Below are positions 17,799 through 25,390 of a stretch of DNA of 53,531 bases, one piece after another (position 1 is the stretch's first letter; every line of letters begins with the position of its first letter). The DNA is from a bacterium (GTDB taxonomy: Bacteria > Lernaellota > Lernaellaia > Lernaellales > Lernaellaceae). The position numbers and the translations under genes were made by a program. The notes under the pieces were generated by a model. It was not told the DNA's origin. It did no database searches and saw only the letters and a list, made by a program, of their open reading frames with translations. The stretch spans positions 1 to 53,531 of the forward strand of contig DAINPV010000001.1 in assembly GCA_036743315.1 (NCBI GenBank). The letters are read 5' to 3'.

Positions 17799-18667
17799 GA
17801 ATCCTCCGGCGGATGCAGCGCGGCGGCGAACACGCGGGCGATTTCGCCCATCCGCGGGCCGGGCGTTATGATCCAGTCCTGCGTCAGCACGAGCACGCGG
17901 TCGTCTTTCACGGCCTGCAAATAACCCAACTCCGCCCACAGCGCGCGTTCGGCGGCGGCGGTTGCGGGCGTGTCGTCGGCGTCGGGCAGCAGCACGAGGA
18001 TCGCCTCGGGGTTGAGTTGCAGGATCGCCTCTTTGCTGTACTTGGGGTAGGGGATGGACGAATCGACGACCACGTTTTTACCGCCGGCGGCGACGAGCAG
18101 TTCGTGCAGAAAGCTGCGCGGGCCGGCGAGAAAGATTTCGCCGAGCGAACCGGGCTCGTGACCGACGACCAGCAACGTGCGCACCGGCGTTTTATTGTCG
18201 ACCGACGAACGCACCGTGGCCAGTTGCGCCTGCAGCGCCGCGACCAACCGCGCGCCCTTTTCCGGCTCGCCGATGCGCCGGGCGATGGTGCGCATCGCCG
18301 TCAGCGTGTCGGGCATCGTGTACAAAGGCACGGCCAGCACCGGAATGCCCAACGCGGTCAAGCGCGTACACAATTCCTCCTGCGAATCCTGCGCCAGCAC
18401 CAGCGTGGGCCGCAGGGCGATGAGCCGTTCGAGGTCCGGATCCAGCGCGCCGCCGACATCCACGGCCGACGCCGGCACGCCGGGCACGTCGCAGAAGGCG
18501 CAACGGCCGACCAGGTGATCGCCCTGGCCGAGTGCGACGACAATTTCGGCGAGGTTGGGCAGCATGACCACCAGGCGCAATTCGCCCGACGGCGGCGGGG
18601 GCTCCGTTTTCGCGCACGCGCCCAGCACGAGCGACAGCGCGAGCAACAACGGCAGCCAACGCTTCAT
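17795..18667 (-). CDS. Periplasmic corrinoid/siderophore-binding lipoprotein (BtuF/FhuD-like, class 8 SBP)
   Basis: Lipobox LVLGAC. LRLVVMLPNLAEIVVALG and DVGGALDPDLERLIALRPTLVL are typical of BtuF-like SBPs. ATG 18667. Confidence 0.85.
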   Translation of the reverse strand: MKRWLPLLLALSLVLGACAKTEPPPPSGELRLVVMLPNLAEIVVALGQGDHLVGRCAFCDVPGVPASAVDVGGALDPDLERLIALRPTLVLAQDSQEELCTRLTALGIPVLAVPLYTMPDTLTAMRTIARRIGEPEKGARLVAALQAQLATVRSSVDNKTPVRTLLVVGHEPGSLGEIFLAGPRSFLHELLVAAGGKNVVVDSSIPYPKYSKEAILQLNPEAILVLLPDADDTPATAAAERALWAELGYLQAVKDDRVLVLTQDWIITPGPRMGEIARVFAAALHPPEDS

Positions 18668-18999
18668 GGCGCCTCGGCGGGGAGTCGGTCGAGGTCGGGC
18701 GTCCAGGCGACTCCGGGCTCGTGCTGGAACAGCCCTTCCTGGCGCAGGTACTCGCCCTTGCCGATCAGCAGCACCGGCAGATCGGGATACAGCGCGCGGG
18801 CGCGACGCACCACGTTGAGCTTGGGCGCGACGGGCAGCGTCAGATCGACCACGAGCAGCGCGGGGCGTTCGTCGGCCAGATCCAGCAGGTAGGCCTGGTC
18901 GTGCGGATACCACGCGACGTGCGCGTCGTCGCGTTCGTAGTGCGCGCGCAATTGTTGGAGACGGGGCGGGTCGGTGCACACCAGCAGCACGCGTTTCAT
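18664..18999 (-). CDS. Degenerate receiver-like (CheY/flavodoxin-fold) protein, 111 aa; first gene after the B12 riboswitch
   Basis: Beta-alpha pattern VLLVCTD / HVAWY / ALLVVDL / PVLLIGK. No acidic pair and no T/S after beta4. AAGGA RBS. Confidence 0.6.
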   Translation of the reverse strand: MKRVLLVCTDPPRLQQLRAHYERDDAHVAWYPHDQAYLLDLADERPALLVVDLTLPVAPKLNVVRRARALYPDLPVLLIGKGEYLRQEGLFQHEPGVAWTPDLDRLPAEAP

Positions 19000-19079
19000 G
19001 AGCGGATCCTTTCCCCGATGGCGTGTGCGGGCGACGGGAAGGCCGCGCCTTCCTCCGCGGGAGACGGCCATCGACATGG

Positions 19080-19240
19080 TTCGGGCAGGTATCCTGACTT
19101 CGGGGTCCATCGCTGCGCCGCGCCTTCCCATCACGCATGCGCGACAGTGGCGTGTGGCGGCGTCGCCTCCCCCGTCACAGTGGCGGGACCGCGCCGGATT
19201 TCCACCGGCTTCCCTCTTGCACCCTGCACGGGACCCGAAC
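19080..19240 (-). promoter_or_regulatory. Cobalamin (B12) riboswitch aptamer
   Basis: Minus strand reads AAGAGGGAAGCCGGTGGAAATCCGGCGCGGTCCCGCCACTGTGA, GCCACTG (B12 box) and AGTCAGGATACCTGCC. P1 helix GTTCGGG/CCCGAAC. Confidence 0.85.
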
Positions 19241-19249
19241 ACGCCCGGC

Positions 19250-19278
19250 ATCATGGCGCGCGGCGGCGAGGCTGTCAA
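19250..19278 (-). promoter_or_regulatory. Sigma70-type promoter driving the riboswitch
   Basis: Minus strand TTGACA (19278-19273), 17 nt spacer, CATGAT (19255-19250). Confidence 0.5.
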
Positions 19279-19333
19279 GCAACGTCCGGCGGATAACCGG
19301 TAAAGGGGGGCTACGCCAAGCGGCGGTGTCCGC

Positions 19334-19678
19334 TCAGGCGACCTGCTTGTCGAACAGCGGTAGATGATACAGGTCGCGCACCAGGGTGATCTTCCGGCGA
19401 TCGACGGGCAACTGGGCCGCGCGCACGGCGGCTTCGTCGCCGATGGCGAGCACGGGCAGTTCGGGGTAATGGTCGACGGCATGGCGCACGATCGCCAGGC
19501 CGGCCGGGTCGGCCCCGACCAGGTCGGCGACCAGCACCTGCGGCAGGTCTTCGGCCAGATGCACGCGGTAGCTTTCCTCGTGCTCGTACCAGGCGATTTT
19601 GAAGTGACGAGCGCCGAAGTAGCCGCGTAAATATTCGAGCCGCAGGATGTCGCGGCAGACGATCATGGCGCGGTTCAT
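19334..19678 (-). CDS. Degenerate receiver-like protein, 114 aa; paralog of 18664-18999
   Basis: Shared blocks IAWYEHEESY vs VAWYPHDQAY, VLVADL vs LLVVDL, and YPELPVLAIG vs YPDLPVLLIG. Confidence 0.55.
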   Translation of the reverse strand: MNRAMIVCRDILRLEYLRGYFGARHFKIAWYEHEESYRVHLAEDLPQVLVADLVGADPAGLAIVRHAVDHYPELPVLAIGDEAAVRAAQLPVDRRKITLVRDLYHLPLFDKQVA

Positions 19679-19997
19679 CGTTTCTAGGTTCTCCTTATCC
19701 GCGCGACCGACGTGGATGCACCACGGGCGGGCACGGCGATTAAGCGACAATCGGATTTGATTTGCGGAGTCGTTGGCGGCGCCCGGCAGGATGATTTCCA
19801 GGGCGATCATGCGCCCCATGATGCGACGGGCCGACGTTGTTTTGGGCTCCGACTCAAGGATCCTTTTTCAAAGGTCTCCGAAGACGCGCGCATAGTAGGC
19901 TTTCGCCGCCGGATGTCAAGGCAAATGTTCCGGCGACGGGTGGCGCTGTTTTGCGAGCGAAGGCGAGGTGAATCAGCGCCACCGCTCGCCGATTTTT

Positions 19998-20140
19998 TCT
20001 CCCTCACCCCGGGCTGCGCCCGACCCTCTCCCAAATGGGAGAGGGTAACGAAAATCACGAGACACGTAACGAGTACATGTCCCGGATTTTCCAGGTAACC
20101 CGGTCTCCCTTCTCCCTGTGGGAGAAGGGGCGGGAGTGAT
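19998..20140 (-). repeat. Hairpin-rich REP/MITE-like repeat, copy B (inverted relative to copy A)
   Basis: Three hairpins: CCCTTCTCCC-ACAG-GGAGAAGGG, GGGACATGTA...TACGTGTCTC, and CCCTCTCCCA-TT-TGGGAGAGGG. Confidence 0.8.
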
Positions 20141-20145
20141 GGCAG

Positions 20146-20187
20146 CAAAAAAACGGGGACACGAAAAATCATGTCTCCGATTTTTTT
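20146..20187 (-). terminator. Intrinsic (bidirectional-looking) terminator of the transglutaminase-like gene
   Basis: Minus strand A7-TCGGAGACATGATTTTTCGTGTCCCCG-T7, 34 nt after the TGA stop. Confidence 0.6.
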
Positions 20188-20220
20188 CATTCCGCATTCC
20201 GCGTTCGTCATTCCGAATTG

Positions 20221-22920
20221 TCAGCACCCACAACCGTCATCATTGTCATCATCGTCATCGTCATCGTCGTCGACTGCATCGTCATCGTCGTCGTCATCGG
20301 GAATCCAGGGGTCGCCTTCGGCGGTGACGGAGACATCCAGCAGATGATCGGAGGCCGACGCGCTGTGGTTGACGATCAGCAGATTCCACTCGCCGGCGGT
20401 CGGCGGGTAGATCGTCTCGTCGAGCGACGCCACGCCCAGCGCGGCGTAGGCGGCGGCGAAGGATTCGTTGTTGCGCGCGGCGTCGAGGTTGTCCTCGTCG
20501 ACCAGCAGCACGTCGAGCTTGGGCGAGTCGCGTTCGGGGAAGGCCCAGGCGCGCGAGAACGGGTTGTAGTTGCCGGCGAAGCGGTGCGTGGCGTCGAGCT
20601 GCACGTGCAGGCCGAAGCTGTCGTTGGTCGCGCCGGCCTTGGCGGTGGTCACGTCGACCAGCGGCCGCTCGAACTGATGATCGAGGGTGAAGACGAGGCC
20701 GCCCTCGGTGTTGTCTTCCGCGTCGACCATGGTCAACAGGCGGGCGTGGCTGCCTTCCTGCTCGGGGTAATCGCCGATCGAGGAAAGGATGCGCATGTAA
20801 TAGTTGCGGTTCTCGCCGACTTCCACCTCGGCGTGGCCCTGGTCGTCGCTGAGCAGCCAGAAGCCCTGCGCGTCGCCGCCGCCCCAACCGTCGACCCAGA
20901 TTTCGATCGTCGCGTCGGGCACGGGATCGCCGTTGCCGTCGGTGAGGTTGAATTCGAGCGTGACCACGTCGCTGTAGCGGCCGGTGGCCGAGGCGACCTG
21001 GCCGTCGCCGATCCAGGCCAGGGCGATGGAAATGTTTTTGCCCGCGTCGTAAGCGACGCCGAAATTGTTGATCTGCGTGGTGTTGTTGGACCAGTCGACC
21101 TGGAAGGCGTGCCAGGCGTCGTCGTGGTAGAACTCGCCCCACACGTGGTCCTCGTTGATCGTGCTGACCAGCTGCGCCGGAATGAGCGCGGCGCGCATCG
21201 CCGACATGGTCAGGTCCTGCAGTTCGCCGCAATTGCCGAAGTGGTTGTAGACGATCCGCGCCGGCTGAATCGCGCGTTCGGGATTGGCGCCGGTGACGCG
21301 GCCGCGTTCCTCGATGTTGTCGAGCAGGCTTTTGCCCGACCAGTTGCCGATGACCTGCACGGCGTCGGCGTTGTCCCACAGGTCGCGGTCGCCGGGAAGG
21401 TTCGTCTGCAGATTTTCGTCGAGTTCGTCCAGGTCCCACATGACCTCGAGGCCGGCGAGCATGTCGGCCAGCAGCGGGCGGCCGTAAAGGGTGATCGCGT
21501 CATGGACGTCGTCCCGCACGGGCGTCACCCCGCACGGATAGGCCGTGTCCTTTGCGCCGGACTTGGGCGCGGGCACGAGGTGCATTTGCAGCACGCCGTA
21601 GTCGCCGACGTAAGCTTCCAGATTTTCGATGACCGTCGCGTCGGCGATCATCACGGTAAAATCGGGGCCCTGGTACGGCGGCAGAATCACCTTGTCGTAG
21701 GTTTCCTTGAAGGTCGTCCAGGCGGTTTCGTCGTAGGCGCGCACGTCGTCGGGATCGAGCACGGTCGTGTTGTCCCACAGGCCGACTTCGGTCAGCGCCG
21801 TTTCGAAAGCGGCGATGTTCGTGTCCTGAATCAACGCGATCTGCGCGTCGTCGGCCAGCAGCACGTCGCCGTTGCCCTGCTTGAGCAGGTTGGGCAGCAG
21901 CGGACAATCGTTGTCGGTGTAGGCTTCGTCCAGCAACAGGGTCGTGGCGAAGACCGTGCCGGCGCCGAAAGCGAACTCGGTGAACACGACGTTTTTCGTG
22001 CCGGCCACGTAGGCCAACTCGAAATTGTGGATCGTCGTTGACAGATAGCCGACCGCGCTGGGCGAGAGCGATTGCAGATCGGCCTCGTCGACGCCGGCGA
22101 AGTACATCGGCGCGGTGTAGCTGTCGTCGCCCGCGGCGTCGAACACCAGGTAGTCGCGCCAGTGCCGGCCGCCGGCGGCCATCGTCGTTTCGCTGCCGCT
22201 GCGCGGAATGACGAAGTTGGGCGTTTCCACGTCGAGCTTGGGATGCACGACATTCCAGTAGTAAATCTCCCGGGGCAGATCGACCGTCTGCACGCTGCCG
22301 CCTTCCCTGATGTTGTAGCGCAGCGTCGTGGAGTAGTCGCCCTTGCCGGCCGTGCCCTCGTCGATCACCTCGACGTAATCGAGCGAAGCGTCGTTGGCGT
22401 AAATCAGGCGCGCGTTTTCGGCCAGGAAGTTGGCCGGGTCTTCCATGCGGCGCAGGTCGAACTCGCTGAGGTAAGCCACGCAGAAGGCGATTTCATCGAT
22501 GTAACGGTCTTCCTCCGCATTGACGATCGCGTCGGCGAGCGGCGCGGCGTCGTCCTCGTCCAGTTCGAAGAAGCGGCGGGTCAACGCGGGCTTGAGCCAA
22601 TCGGGCGCGACGTCGACGGCCGCCTGCAGATCGGGGGACAACGACGGCAACTCCGGCTCGGCCAACTCGCCCACGGTGGGATCGACCGTCCACACCCAGT
22701 TCAGGTAATAGCCCAGGAAATGGGCGCCGATTGCGTCGGCCTTGCCGGCTTTGTCCGGCAGCGACGGCTGCTCGATGAAGCGCGTCGGCAATACCGGATC
22801 GTAAATGATCTCGACGGTTTCGCTGAGCGGCAGCGGCGCGGTCAGTCCGCGAATCTGCGCCCACGCGGGCGCGGCACACAAAACGATCGCCAACAGCAAC
22901 CAAAAAATGCGCTTGTACAT
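20221..22920 (-). CDS. Secreted 899-aa protein with transglutaminase-like Cys-His-Asp core and C-terminal poly-Asp tail ending GCGC
   Basis: GGGAGG RBS. Signal peptide MYKRIFWLLLAIVLCAAPAWA. Core motifs NHFGNCGELQD...EDHVWGEFYHDDAWHAFQVD. Tail PDDDDDDDAVDDDDDDDDDNDDGCGC*. Confidence 0.8.
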   Translation of the reverse strand: MYKRIFWLLLAIVLCAAPAWAQIRGLTAPLPLSETVEIIYDPVLPTRFIEQPSLPDKAGKADAIGAHFLGYYLNWVWTVDPTVGELAEPELPSLSPDLQAAVDVAPDWLKPALTRRFFELDEDDAAPLADAIVNAEEDRYIDEIAFCVAYLSEFDLRRMEDPANFLAENARLIYANDASLDYVEVIDEGTAGKGDYSTTLRYNIREGGSVQTVDLPREIYYWNVVHPKLDVETPNFVIPRSGSETTMAAGGRHWRDYLVFDAAGDDSYTAPMYFAGVDEADLQSLSPSAVGYLSTTIHNFELAYVAGTKNVVFTEFAFGAGTVFATTLLLDEAYTDNDCPLLPNLLKQGNGDVLLADDAQIALIQDTNIAAFETALTEVGLWDNTTVLDPDDVRAYDETAWTTFKETYDKVILPPYQGPDFTVMIADATVIENLEAYVGDYGVLQMHLVPAPKSGAKDTAYPCGVTPVRDDVHDAITLYGRPLLADMLAGLEVMWDLDELDENLQTNLPGDRDLWDNADAVQVIGNWSGKSLLDNIEERGRVTGANPERAIQPARIVYNHFGNCGELQDLTMSAMRAALIPAQLVSTINEDHVWGEFYHDDAWHAFQVDWSNNTTQINNFGVAYDAGKNISIALAWIGDGQVASATGRYSDVVTLEFNLTDGNGDPVPDATIEIWVDGWGGGDAQGFWLLSDDQGHAEVEVGENRNYYMRILSSIGDYPEQEGSHARLLTMVDAEDNTEGGLVFTLDHQFERPLVDVTTAKAGATNDSFGLHVQLDATHRFAGNYNPFSRAWAFPERDSPKLDVLLVDEDNLDAARNNESFAAAYAALGVASLDETIYPPTAGEWNLLIVNHSASASDHLLDVSVTAEGDPWIPDDDDDDDAVDDDDDDDDDNDDGCGC

Positions 22921-23068
22921 TGTCGCCTCCCTCAAAGCGGTTCGATGGTAACGTGAAAGCTCCATAGCGGGCAAGGCGCCAAGAATAATTCCTGGCAGAA
23001 ATAATTCCTGCACCTATGGTTCGTTCATTGTGCGAAGCATTATCCAGCGCCGACGCGCGCACCTCCAA

Positions 23069-23147
23069 GTCATTCTGAGGAGCGCCGCAGGCGCGAGGAA
23101 GAATCTATTTACACCAACGAGAGATCCTTCACTGCGTTCAGGATGAC
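23069..23147. repeat. Short palindromic MITE/REP-like element
   Basis: Terminal inverted repeats GTCATTCTGAGGAGCG ... CGTTCAGGATGAC. Single copy in this window. Confidence 0.5.
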
Positions 23148-23373
23148 TCGGATCGGGTTGTTTCGCAGGAACATGGCCGTGTTTCAATTTCAACGAGCAC
23201 AGCTTTCGCCTGGCGGCGAAAACTGTAACCCACGAGTAAACAGTGATAAGGGACGAGTATTAAGTTATAAATTGATAGAATACCATCAACTTGTCGCCGG
23301 CAACTCCTCACTTATAACTGGCTTCGTCCTTTCGGCCGTGTTAGGATGCGGCCTCGATCGACAGGAGAAACCC

Positions 23374-24387
23374 GTGCTCGTCAAACCGCTTTTGTTGCCG
23401 TTCGACCATCCGCCGTACGCGCCCGCCGAACCGGTGGCCGTGGTGATTCCGGCGTACAACAACGCCGGGACGATCGCGCGGTGCATCGAATCGCTGCGCA
23501 TGCAAGAGGGCGTGGCGACGGAAATCGTGGTGGTCGACGACGCGTCGCACGACGACACCGCGGCGGTCGCCGAGCGCGCCGACGTGCGGGTGATTCGCCG
23601 CGCGACCAACGGCGGGCCGGCGGCGGCGCGCAACCAGGGCGCGCGGGAGACGGGCGGCGACGTGCTGTTCTTCGCCGAGGCCGACGGATACTACGCGCCC
23701 GACTACCTACGGGTTTGCCTGCGCGCGTTGGGCGACGAGCGCGTCGGGGCGTCGCTGGCGCTGGGCGTGCGCGGCTGGACCGAGCGCGACAACGTCGTCG
23801 TGCGGCTGAGCGATGCGCAGTGGGTCGTCAATCACTCGCTGGTCGCCGCCGGGCAGCGGGGCACCGGCGCGTGGTGTTATCGGCGCGACGCGTTCGAGCG
23901 GCTCGGCGGCTTCGACGAAACGCTCCTGTACGGCGAGGACGTCGATCTGGCGCGGCGCGTGGAAACGCTGGGACTGCGCACCGGCGTCGCCGGTTGGTCG
24001 GTGCTCTACCACCGCAATCCCGACACGCGGCGTCGCTGGTGGCGGCGCGCCTACTGGGGCGCGAAGCGCGCCGGGCAAAGCGAGCCGGTCGCCGCGCGGC
24101 GCGCGTGGTTGCAACTGGCCAAAATATTGATCTGGAGTTTCCCGCCGATCGGCGTCGCGCTGGCGGCGCTGCATCATTGGTTGTGGATCGCGCCGGCGTT
24201 GGCGATCGTCATCGCGCCGGCATGGGAGGATCGGCAGATCCGCCGCACGCAACTATACCTCTGGCGTACGCGCCGTTGGCTGACCCTGGCGACCGTTCCG
24301 GGATTAATGTGGTTGCGGCGCCTGGCCTTCGCTGCCGGTCGCCTGCATGGCCGGCTCCATAAAAAAGACCTCGGACAGCGTGTGTAG
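23374..24387 (+). CDS. Family 2 glycosyltransferase with C-terminal TM helices
   Basis: VAVVIPAYNNAGTIARCIESL, VVVDDASHDDT and FAEADG (DxD-like). AGGAGA lies 5 nt before GTG 23374. Confidence 0.8.
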   Translation: MLVKPLLLPFDHPPYAPAEPVAVVIPAYNNAGTIARCIESLRMQEGVATEIVVVDDASHDDTAAVAERADVRVIRRATNGGPAAARNQGARETGGDVLFFAEADGYYAPDYLRVCLRALGDERVGASLALGVRGWTERDNVVVRLSDAQWVVNHSLVAAGQRGTGAWCYRRDAFERLGGFDETLLYGEDVDLARRVETLGLRTGVAGWSVLYHRNPDTRRRWWRRAYWGAKRAGQSEPVAARRAWLQLAKILIWSFPPIGVALAALHHWLWIAPALAIVIAPAWEDRQIRRTQLYLWRTRRWLTLATVPGLMWLRRLAFAAGRLHGRLHKKDLGQRV

Positions 24388-24978
24388 ATCCGCGGTCGTT
24401 TTTTCCGGCGTGCAGATGTCCGGGCACAAGTAACATCCGTACTGAATGCCCAGAATCGCCAGCATCAGCAGGTTGGCCATCGAGTTGGAGTTGATCTCCC
24501 GACTGATGGTCCGGTTGAGCTGCCCACGGGCAATGAGCTGTTCCATCAATTGATGCGCATTATGGAACAAGGACTGCGCTTGCTTGGCCAGCACGGGCAT
24601 CGACTGCGGGCCGTCGAGCAGCAGGCGCAGCGTGGCGCGCATTTGCTCCGGATCGGCTTTGAAGCTGTCGGTCCAGAGGCTGATCATTCTTCTGAGAACG
24701 TTGTGGTGATTGCCGTTGTCCATCTCGAAGGAAAGTTCCTGGATCAGGCTCAACAAATGGTTTTCGATGTAATGTTCCCAGACGCCCAGCAGCAAGTCGG
24801 TTTTCGACCCGTAGTAGAAGGCGATTGCGCTACGGTACACGTTGGCCTTATCCGCCACCATCGAAATCGATGTCTTGTGGAAGCCGTATTCACCGAACAG
24901 GTGCAACGCGGCTTTCAGGATATCGGCCCGTGTTTCTTTACCGTCTCTCCGATTTTGCATTCCACGTTCCCCCATCAC
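24304..24978 (-). CDS. TetR/AcrR-family transcriptional regulator
   Basis: HTH region TRADILKAALHLFGEYGFHKTSISMVADKANVYRSAIAFYYGSK. Lower GC than its neighbours. Start could be 24978, 24975 or 24960. Confidence 0.85.
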   Translation of the reverse strand: MMGERGMQNRRDGKETRADILKAALHLFGEYGFHKTSISMVADKANVYRSAIAFYYGSKTDLLLGVWEHYIENHLLSLIQELSFEMDNGNHHNVLRRMISLWTDSFKADPEQMRATLRLLLDGPQSMPVLAKQAQSLFHNAHQLMEQLIARGQLNRTISREINSNSMANLLMLAILGIQYGCYLCPDICTPEKTTADLHTLSEVFFMEPAMQATGSEGQAPQPH

Positions 24979-25187
24979 TCATTGGCATAACCGTTCTAGA
25001 ACGAACGTCTGATTGAATTAAAATATCCAATTCACATGATATGCATTTTTATGCCTAAAATCGAAAACCTTGTCAAGGGTAAATAGCTAAAACAGCGAAA
25101 AATATTGATCTTTATCCAAAACAATCATTCGACACACATTTGGCAAAATGGTTTCATAAGTTATGCTTTTGAACGCGGCGTGTCATA

Positions 25188-25205
25188 ATTGAACCTTTGT
25201 TCAAT
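25188..25205. promoter_or_regulatory. Perfect palindrome, candidate TetR operator
   Basis: ATTGAAC-CTTT-GTTCAAT in the 410-bp AT-rich divergent region between the TetR gene and the Fe-S gene. Confidence 0.35.
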
Positions 25206-25390
25206 GGTTTCTTTAAAGGAAAAAAGAGGAAAAGAAGTAAATGAAAATTTCACTAATAAATAATAATTCCAAGGCGGTTCGGCGGTATTGGACGATTATT
25301 TTTATGCAGACAATATACATCCAATTCATTATAATGCCGTCTTGGACGTTCCAATAAATGCTTTACCAGCGACATAAATACGGAGGATCG

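Noticed and set aside
20188-20223. Possible TGA read-through or selenocysteine after the terminal ...GCGC of the transglutaminase-like protein. The downstream frame continues into a partly hydrophobic sequence (IFRVPVFLLPSLPPLL) that could mimic a CTERM anchor.
   Set aside because: An A7-hairpin-T7 intrinsic terminator lies 34 nt after the stop. There is no SECIS-like stem immediately 3' of the TGA. The continuing frame is simply the translation of repeat copy B (tracked as ORF 19807-20211).
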